64,000 bases of DNA from Eledone cirrhosa (taxonomy: Eukaryota). The translations under genes were made by a program, and so were the position numbers. Of the stretch, positions 54,601 to 64,000 are shown in pieces. Numbering within the stretch: position 1 is the first letter of the stretch; the number at the start of each line of letters is the position of its first letter. The notes beneath the pieces are model-generated. The model ran no database searches and was not told where the DNA came from. It worked only from the letters and a program-made list of their open reading frames with translations. The stretch covers positions 33,046,001 through 33,110,000 of the forward strand of contig OZ024753.1 of assembly GCA_964016885.1 (NCBI GenBank), given 5' to 3'.

Positions 54601-56559
54601 TTTTAGTGATATACCAAATTTATGAGTTCGATCGATAGATTCTACTAATGAATGGACCCCAACTGCATTCATCACCGGGTTATTAGTTGTCCATAGAAAA
54701 GCTATTTGGAAAATCTAATAAGAATTTAATTTGATTTTTTTGTATGAATTGCCTGTCTTCTGCTGATATTTCGTCGTTCGTCCAAAAGATGGGTTTTGCA
54801 GATGATATATTTGTTTTCTGGAATTTCATATTAGAAATATTTTGTTGGTGGTGGTGGTGTTATTGTTGCTATCGTCGTCGTCGTCTTCGTTGTGGTTTTG
54901 TAGCCGATATAGTAGTTGTTGATGTTCTTCTGATTCTTATATTCGTTATTATGATTCAAGAGTGGTGGAGTGGTAGAATCGTTAAGGCTTCGAAGAAAAT
55001 ACTTCGTAGCGTATAGTTGTAGCGTTTAGTTACGATCCTTTAGGTTCAGAGAGCTTAAAGGAATACTGCAAGCATTCTATCCGATGTTCGAACGAAACAT
55101 TCGCTAGGTTATATGGATCAACGTTGCAAAAGTTCGTATTTTTCGTTAAGTATCAGTTAAAATATGGGTAACACGGTTACACAAAAGCACACATCTCAAA
55201 GTTGTTCTAACTCAAAACTTAATTATCGAGATCGTTGCTTTCACTTCAATCATTAACATCTAAGAAACATTTAAACAACTTCAGTTAGATATCTTTTTAA
55301 AAAATCGTTCTAAGTATATAACTCTTATGTCTAATTTGAACAAGTATTTGAGGAGGAAAAGTAAGAAAAAGAAACATTTATGGTACGTTGAGATACATCA
55401 TTGAACATCCCCATTCAAATATTAAAACAAATTTTTCTTAACATGTTTAAATATTTACCGTCCATTACCAGTACAAATAAATACAAAACCAAAGTAAATA
55501 AACTCTTTAAGATTATATTCTCTTTGAATTAATCTTCGGTTGATTATTCTTAAGATATTGAATCAATTTCACAAATTAATTTATCAGCATTAAGGTCTCA
55601 AATGGCCAATTGATGTTTTAAAAAAATAGAATAATTACTATACGAAATCTTGATATATTCAATATTTTTTTTTCTTTCATTCAGATGTTTGGATTTAAAT
55701 CATTTTATTTAAAGTTATTTAATCTACTTGGTTTGTAATTGAAACGAAAGTGCGGAGCCGGAAATTACAGCCTTTATCATGACGATTGTAGGATCTGCAA
55801 GTAGAGCGACTTCCTGTCAGTGATGCAGTTTGAAGATTAGATCAAAGTTGAGATAGATCAAACAGTCTTCCTAGCATTAATTATATAAAAACTCATAGAG
55901 AAACACGTTGTGCATGTTCCACTTCTTTTATTAACGGCAAAGCATCCTCGTGAAAATAACGGTGGCAAGTGGCTGAATATTCCAGAATTACGAGTAACCT
56001 TAAGGAGATACATCTATGCATCTCCGTCAGGAATCAAATTTCGACCTTACCTTGACAAACCTAATCACTACGGTACACTCTTTCATTACACACACACACC
56101 TAATATCCGATGTCACTAACTCCTCCTGTTAAGACCATATCACCGGAGGCGAAAACATGCGAGGACTCAACTTTAAGATGTAATTATATATATATACAAA
56201 CATAAAGACAATATATATATACATACATAAAGACAATATATATATATATACACACACGCATTATATATATGTATGTGTGTATGTATGTGTGTGTGTATAT
56301 ATATATATATATATAACGCTATCTCTTTGCGAACGTCTGGTATGTGACTAAAATAACAGTTCGAAGGATTCAGCAATGCTTGCTAAGTCAATTACTCATA
56401 CAATATGTTTGCAATTTAATTGTAAAATTTTATCCACAGAGTTATTGTGTATTATATATACATATATTTATGTGGAGGGAGATGTATATATATATATATA
56501 GATAGATAGATATATAATGCATACAGACATATCTATATTTATCTGCCATTCTTATATAT

Positions 56560-57046
56560 AGAGAGAGAGAGAGAGGGGGGAGATGGGGGAGGGGGGATGG
56601 GGGGGGGATGGCGAGAAAGAGAGAGGGTGGAGAGAGAGAGGGCGAGAGCGAGAGGAGCGAGGGGGGAGAGAGCGAGGGGGGAGAGAGAGGGCTGAGAGAG
56701 AGAGAGAGGGCTGAGAGAGGGGTGAGAGAGAGAGGGGTGAGAGAGAGAGGGTTGAGAGAGAGAGGGGGCGAGGGGTGAGAGATGGGCGAGGGGTGAGAGA
56801 GAGGGGAGAGGGGTGAGAGAGGGGAGATGGGTGAGAGAGAGGGGCGAGGGGTGAGAGAGAGGGGCGAGAGAGAGGGGCGAGGAGTGAGAGAGGGGCGAGG
56901 AGTGAGAGAGAGAGAGGGGCGAGGAGTGAGAGAGAGGGGCGCGCGGTAAGAGAGAGGGGCGCGAGGTGAGAGAGAGAGGAGCGAGGGGTTAGAGAGAGAG
57001 GAGCGAGGGGTTCGAGAGAGAGGTGGCGAGGGGCGAGAGAGAGAGA
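56560..57046. repeat. purine-rich GA/GGGG low-complexity tract
   Basis: Units gagagaggggcgaggggtgagaga; strongly purine-biased + strand. Confidence 0.9.
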
Positions 57047-57119
57047 CTGCAATATGGTTAGATGGAATAAACGCATTCGTACCGCATCGTGCTTCACGCG
57101 GGTTAACAAGGGACTCGTT

Positions 57120-57790
57120 CAATGTTTAGGTAGAGGGGCCTGATCAAAAAATATTTGCCATCTCCATTTAAGACCCTGAGAACTAATGATGTGCTTGCGA
57201 TATGTAATATAAGGCGTGGGATGGATGCAGATAGGTTTTGTATCCCGAGACACCAAGAAGGTCCAGAACGGAGCAAAGCTTAACAGTTGACAACTGGAAC
57301 GTTGCAACGTTGTAGGAGCCCAGATCCTACTGGCCTCATATTGTCGGGTTTTCTTCAACAAGTTTCATGGTTCAGGCATTGTATATTTGGACGGAGAAAG
57401 GAAACTCTACTATTGCGGTATGGGACCAGAAATGACTGGACAAGTGTGAGGATAGTCTCAGGTTTCAAGCTGTTGTAATGTGTGTTATGAACTATATTCC
57501 ATTGCGAGGTAGGATGTGCCTCTTGAAGCTTAGGCTAAAAGATCGATCTCTGTGGATGGTGCAACTTTATGCACCTAATAAAAAGTCAGAGTATAGATCC
57601 TTCTTGGATGAAGTCACGACAGCGTTAGATGTAACGATGATTGAGTCATATATCCTAGAGGGAGACTTCAATGCACATCTTGGCACTAACCACCCTATAG
57701 AGAAAGGAAAGGTTTGATGGAACGGCGAGCCCAATCTGAATACAAATATTTATTAGACTTCTATTCTAGTAATGGGTTCTTCATTCTTTG
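57120..57790 (+). mobile_element. RTE-clade LINE 5'/endonuclease fragment
   Basis: aactggaacgttgcaacg (NWNVAT, TWNV-like) and LKLRLKDRSLWMVQLYAPN...FLDEV...EGDFNAHLG (APE motifs YAP and GDFNA); 5' boundary approximate. Confidence 0.75.
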
Positions 57791-57974
57791 TTTTACCTGT
57801 AGTAGGTAGCAAGGTAACTACTTCTATATGAATCTTTCCATACGTCAGAAAATTTATAACGCAGGTTGAATGAATACCATGAGAGAGAAAGCGAGAGATA
57901 AAGAATATTCACTCTTTCATTTATTACTAATCTGTATAGCTACGAATCCATATATGTTTAAGTCCTTAACCTCA

Positions 57975-58095
57975 TATATATTAATCTATTTACACATGCA
58001 CACATATTATATATATATATATATTATCTTTATATATATATTATATATATATTATATATATAATATATATAATATATATATATATAATATATATA

Positions 58096-58152
<57 letters not shown>

Positions 58153-58170
58153 ATATATATAATATATATA

Positions 58171-58202
<32 letters not shown>

Positions 58203-58243
58203 ATATATATATATATATATAATATATATAACATATATAATAT

Positions 58244-58294
<51 letters not shown>

Positions 58295-58630
58295 TAATAT
58301 ATATATATATATATAATATATATAATATATATATATAATATATATAATATATAATATATATAATATATATAATATATATAATATATAATATATATATATA
58401 TAATATATATATATATAATATATATATATATATAATATATATAATATATATATAATATATATATATAATATATATATATATATATAATATATATAATATA
58501 TATATAATATATAATATATATATATATAATATATATATATATAATATATATATATATATAATATATAATATATATATATATATAATATATATAATATATA
58601 TATAATATATAATATATATATATATAATAT

Positions 58631-58662
<32 letters not shown>

Positions 58663-58725
58663 ATATATATATATATAATATATATATATATATAATATAT
58701 AATATATATATATATAATATATATA

Positions 58726-58756
<31 letters not shown>

Positions 58757-58829
58757 ATAATATATATATATATAATATATATATATATATAATATATAAT
58801 ACATATATATATAATATATAATATATATA

Positions 58830-58860
<31 letters not shown>

Positions 58861-58960
58861 ATAATATATATATATATAATATATAATATATATAATATAT
58901 ATATATAATATATAATATATATAATATATAATATATATATATAATATATATATAATATAT

Positions 58961-59007
<47 letters not shown>

Positions 59008-59014
59008 AATATAT

Positions 59015-59046
<32 letters not shown>

Positions 59047-59140
59047 AATATATAATATATATATAATATATATATATATAATATATATATAATATATAAT
59101 ATATATATAATATATATATATATTATATATATATATATAT

Positions 59141-59183
<43 letters not shown>

Positions 59184-59265
59184 TATATAATATATATATA
59201 TAATATATATATATATTATATATATATATATATTATATATAAATATATATATATATATATATAAT

Positions 59266-59297
<32 letters not shown>

Positions 59298-59596
59298 ATA
59301 TATATATATAATATATATATAATATATAATATATATATAATATATATATATATATTATATATATATAATATATATATATATATAATATATATATAATATA
59401 TATATAATATATAATATATATATATATATAATATATATATATAATATATATATAATATATAATATATATATATATATAATATATATATATAATATATATA
59501 TAATATATAATATATATATATAATATATATATATATAATATATATATATAATATATATATAATATATAATATATATATAATATATATATATATATT

Positions 59597-59628
<32 letters not shown>

Positions 59629-59658
59629 ATATATATATATAATATATATATAATATAT

Positions 59659-59702
<44 letters not shown>

Positions 59703-59872
59703 TATATATATAATATATATATAATATATATATATATAATATATATATAATATATATATAATATATATATAATATATATAATATATAATATATATATATT
59801 ATATATATATAATATATATATAATATATAATATATATATAATATATATATATATTATATATATATATATATT

Positions 59873-59906
<34 letters not shown>

Positions 59907-59965
59907 ATATATATATATAATATATATATAATATATAATATATATATAATATATATATATATATT

Positions 59966-59997
<32 letters not shown>

Positions 59998-60027
59998 ATA
60001 TATATATATAATATATATATAATATAT

Positions 60028-60105
<78 letters not shown>

Positions 60106-60135
60106 ATATATATATATAATATATATATAATATAT

Positions 60136-60199
<64 letters not shown>

Positions 60200-60233
60200 A
60201 ATATATATATATAATATATATATATATATAATA

Positions 60234-60292
<59 letters not shown>

Positions 60293-60313
60293 ATTATATA
60301 TATATATATATAT
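57975..60313. repeat. >2.3 kb interrupted (TA)n array running into the assembly gap
   Basis: TA run with taat and tatt interruptions. Confidence 0.95.
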
Positions 60314-60513
60314 NNNNNNNNNNNNNNNNNNNNNNNNNNNNNNNNNNNNNNNNNNNNNNNNNNNNNNNNNNNNNNNNNNNNNNNNNNNNNNNNNNNNNNN
60401 NNNNNNNNNNNNNNNNNNNNNNNNNNNNNNNNNNNNNNNNNNNNNNNNNNNNNNNNNNNNNNNNNNNNNNNNNNNNNNNNNNNNNNNNNNNNNNNNNNNN
60501 NNNNNNNNNNNNN
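60314..60513. other. assembly gap (200 N)
   Basis: N run. Confidence 1.
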
Positions 60514-60607
60514 GGTACACTTTCAATACTCCCATGTATCTACTATGGTATGACCTTCATCAACATAACATTTGCAACAAGAGAATGAATGAACGTTAAT
60601 GTGTAAA

Positions 60608-60815
60608 TATGGGTTGGCAGAATCTTTAGAAAATCTGACAAATTCTTAACAGTACACATCCCAGCTCTTTACATTCTAAATTCAAATCCTTTTGAGGTCA
60701 ACTTTACATTTCATCCTTCTAATATTAATAAAAAGTACCACTTCTGAGGTTGATTTATCCATCTTTCCCTTCCCAGTCCAATTTACTGTCCTTTTGTCTA
60801 TGTTAGAAACATCAT
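60608..60815 (+). mobile_element. degenerate SINE (long-tail form)
   Basis: ggttggcagaatc...ttcaaatcct...gaggtcaactttacatttcatcc...tgttagaaacatcatt. Confidence 0.55.
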
Positions 60816-60904
60816 TAATGTTTTATATTATATGTGTTAATTAAGACATGTTTTTAAATAATTTCATTAAAATGTTTCATTAAAATGTTTCATTAAATTA
60901 ATCT

Positions 60905-61343
60905 GCCTCTTGTGAGTCACGATCCATGTTTCACTACTATGCAGCATTGCACATTTCAAACATGCATCATACAGATGAACTTTCATTTGTAGGAAGAGAC
61001 CTTTTGTTGTCAACTGGGGTAGTAGCTCTCTAAATTTCTATCTTATTCTAGCTACTATGTGCATGGAGCACCCCACTCCACTGCTAATTTGATCACTTAG
61101 ATAGCAGAAGCTATCAACCACTTCTATGGGACCTACTTGGATTGACAAAGTGTTTATATTACTGACACACTATCACTTTTCCATGAACATCTATTACATA
61201 CAAAGTCTTCCATCCTGTTAGTCTGCCTGCTATCCCACTATACCTCCAGTGTATCCAAGATTTACATTGTATACAGAATTTATAGTTTCTACCTACTCTT
61301 TTTCTACATATGAAACCAAACCATTTCCCTGATAGGATCAGGG
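60905..61343 (-). mobile_element. RTE-clade LINE RT fragment with PHD-like Cys/His insert
   Basis: Manual translation GKWFGFICRKRVGRNYKFCIQCKSWIHWRYSGIAGRLTG..FVCNRC, then IEVVDSFCYLSDQISSGVGCS..VARIR*KFRELLPQLTTKGL..LYDAC..MLHSSETW. Confidence 0.8.
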
Positions 61344-62074
61344 CCTTCTTTTCTTTCCTACTTATATATATATATATGTGTGTGTGTGTGATGTATTAGT
61401 AATAGAATTGATAATCTTTAAGAAAAAAAAAATGTTTACAAATGTCCTACTGTACAGCAAATATTCAGTGTAAATTACATTCATTTATGTTTTGTAATAA
61501 TATAGATATACTAGAGCTCTGTAACATATTTTATAGGTAACTGTAATAGCTGCATTGTTAATTAATAAGCATGATTTTCTTTTCAGATAATTAACAACAG
61601 TTTGAATTTCCTAGAATTTTCAAAACGTCTAAGATAATTAAAGATGGCGCCTATCCTGTGAAATAAATATATAAGTAGTTGCCAGAACACTTACTGATAC
61701 TGTATGCTGTATGCTGTATCATATATCTTCTATCTTTCAGTGTAAAATTACAGAAACTTTTCTTTTACATTTTTTTTTTCAACTGAAATTGTGTTGTGCA
61801 TCATTTCAAATAACCAAAATGGTCTTACCTGAAAAAAATGAAAATAATGATTATTAAACCATTGCTCAATTAGAAGTGTTTATTTTAACAAGTATTTATT
61901 ATCAACATATTTATTAAATTTTTTCCAATTTTATTTTCAACAGAAATATTAAGAGAAAATAAAACGAAACAGAACAACCAGAATTTTCATTATCATCACT
62001 GTTTATTGTCTATTTATCCATGCTTGCATGGGTTAGACGGATCATCCACACAAACACACAAATGCATATATGAT

Positions 62075-62235
62075 GGGCTTCCACCCACTTTCCCTGTACT
62101 AGTTGTAAGTCACAGGACCTTAGTCAACCCAAGGCTATACAACAGGATACTTGCCCAGAGATTCATGCAGTGGGATTGAACCTGAAAACAACTGGTTGTG
62201 AAGTAAACACCTTCACCATCCAGCCATTCCTGTGC
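62075..62235 (-). mobile_element. degenerate tRNA-derived SINE
   Basis: gtcaacccaaggctatac...acttgcccaga...gtgggattgaacc...cttcaccatccagccattcctgtgc. Confidence 0.55.
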
Positions 62236-62268
62236 TAATATTGAGATAAGAATTATATGTAAACTTAA

Positions 62269-62474
62269 CCCTTTACCATTTATATTACTCTATATTTACT
62301 ATTATATTTTCATGGTAAACACTTTACCTCACATGATATCAAATCTATGAGATTTTGATATTATTTATGTTGAAAACAATACCTTATCATCAGTATGAAC
62401 AGCCGGTTACAGCCGGTTTGAACAGAAAGGAGTGAGAATTCTGGCCGGATACAGCTGGTTTAAATGCTAAAGGG
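62269..62474. mobile_element. piggyBac-type MITE
   Basis: TTAA at 62265-62268 and 62475-62478; TIRs ccctttaccattta / taaatgctaaaggg (13/14). Confidence 0.8.
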
Positions 62475-62724
62475 TTAATATTTGCCTATTTCCATCATTG
62501 TATAAAATAGATGTCTTCATTCATAAAAAGACATATGGCAATGAATGGAATAGCTTTGCTTAGATATTGGTTTGATCAGGGCTTGTCAGATGACTAAATA
62601 ACAACACAACGGCAATTTTGAATTAAAGCAATCCATTCAAAAGGAATGTTGTAGTTGATTTAAATTACTCCTCAACATATGTGTTATGTTATGTCTATTT
62701 TTTCATGCTTGCAAGGGTCGAATG

Positions 62725-63050
62725 AAATCCAAAACTCATACTTGTTTCAGCAACCATATCTGTATCAGTGAGCTGCTCAACATTACCAAACTTAGACAAA
62801 TTACATCAATTGTCAAGTCAAGAGTACTCAAACTATACAGCCATATAAAAAGATCAATTCATGGAGATCAATGCCTGAAAGGAAGGTCGGCTGGTAAAAG
62901 AAGCAGAGGCTGGTAGCTGAAACAATGGCTTGACAATGTCAACTTATGGACTAGACTTGATCTTTGCTCTTTGAATTCAGCTGCTGGTGATTGAACTTTG
63001 TGGAGAGAGATATCACATGTTAATGCGCAGTCTGCAACTGGTGGAGTTTA
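62725..63050 (+). mobile_element. RTE-clade LINE C-terminal fragment
   Basis: VKSRVLKLYSHIKRS...GKRSRGW*LKQWLDNVNLWTRL...AAGD*TLWREI matches the RTE G.R.RG.P..W.D....WT...A.DR..WR pattern. Confidence 0.7.
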
Positions 63051-63689
63051 GCATCACAAGAGAAGTGACAGAATACATGAAATCAAGGAGGGCACATCAA
63101 CAGATCTTTGAATCAAACCCACGATTTTATGATTGAAAATCAACAACCTACCCTACCTGTCTCCAGCATATAGTCTAAAGTCTGTTTAAAGCCAGAAAGC
63201 TCATTAGGCCAGTGCTTGTTCTGGTTTCATGGGGTGAAGTGACAGAGTACAAGTCTCCCTGCTGGACAGGACACCAATCCATTGCATATAACGGATATTA
63301 ATTAGTTTCACTACAGGGATGAAACCCCAAGTTGGTGTAAGAGAAAAAATTAAAACTAAAATCAAAGAGTGAAAGATATCTGAACAGCTTAATGCAGGTG
63401 AAATAGACTACTACTTCTATTCTTCTCCTCCAATGTCTTCTTTTTAAAGAGGTTCTATATTACTAAACAATAAATTGACTGATTTTTGTCATGGAAAATA
63501 TTTTGTAGCCAATGAGCAGCTGTAGATAGGAATGACTTAGTACAATGAAAGCAAATTAAAGAAACATTGTGAGTGTCATTGTCATTGATAACAACAGCTG
63601 GGGATAAGATTGATATTATACACTTTAATTCTATTTATTAAGTTATGTGTGGGTCTTCGCATGCACACATTCACATATTTTTATAATGA

Positions 63690-63912
63690 GGGCGATGGAT
63701 AGGCAGTATCAGTAGAGTATTGGACAACATGTTGTATGGCATAGGATTATGGACCTATATGATCTGAGTTCAAATCCTGCTGAGAATAGCTTTGCTTGCC
63801 ATCTTTATGGTGCCAATAAAATAAAGTATCAGTAATGCACTGAGGTTGATTTAATCGACTTTCTCCTACCCAACAATTATTGGACTTGTGCCTAAATCAG
63901 AAACCATTATTA
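63690..63912 (+). mobile_element. full-length degenerate SINE (long-tail form)
   Basis: Head gggcgatggataggcag, B-box tgagttcaaatcc, central domain, tail ttgtgcctaaatcagaaaccattatt. Confidence 0.7.
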
Positions 63913-63950
63913 TAACGTGTCTAGCCTCCATGTATGAGAATAAGATGTAC

Positions 63951-63988
<38 letters not shown>

Positions 63989-64000
63989 TGTGCGTGTGTA

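Noticed and set aside
55890-56180. Possible minus-strand solo LTR
   Set aside because: PolyA-like signal present but no clear TG...CA ends or TSD

Overview
AT-rich, microsatellite-laden animal genomic DNA with a 200-N gap at 60314-60513. The SINE, LINE and MITE families and the (TA)n load resemble an octopod cephalopod genome (inference, no search run). No host protein-coding exon can be supported, and almost all listed ORFs are microsatellite translations or antisense shadows. The interpretable content is transposon-derived: a 5'-inverted Penelope-like element (RT on -, GIY-YIG on +, hammerhead ribozyme and promoter motifs in its terminal region; 14455-15862), a 5'-truncated CR1-group LINE (17167-19895), several RTE fragments (one with a PHD-like finger inside RT), an R4/Dong-type fragment, a TTAA piggyBac-type MITE, possible solo LTRs and many tRNA-derived SINEs. 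The most striking pattern is a recurring set of fold-back (inverted-duplication) scars. Several lie at (TA)n tracts or at the 5' junctions of short insertions related to hammerhead-bearing retroelements (7792, 14955, 30095, 47788; also 41986 inside a SINE). This suggests a (TA)n-targeting, snap-back-priming insertion or repair process. A candidate recursive splice site lies in the CpG-poor block after the gap.
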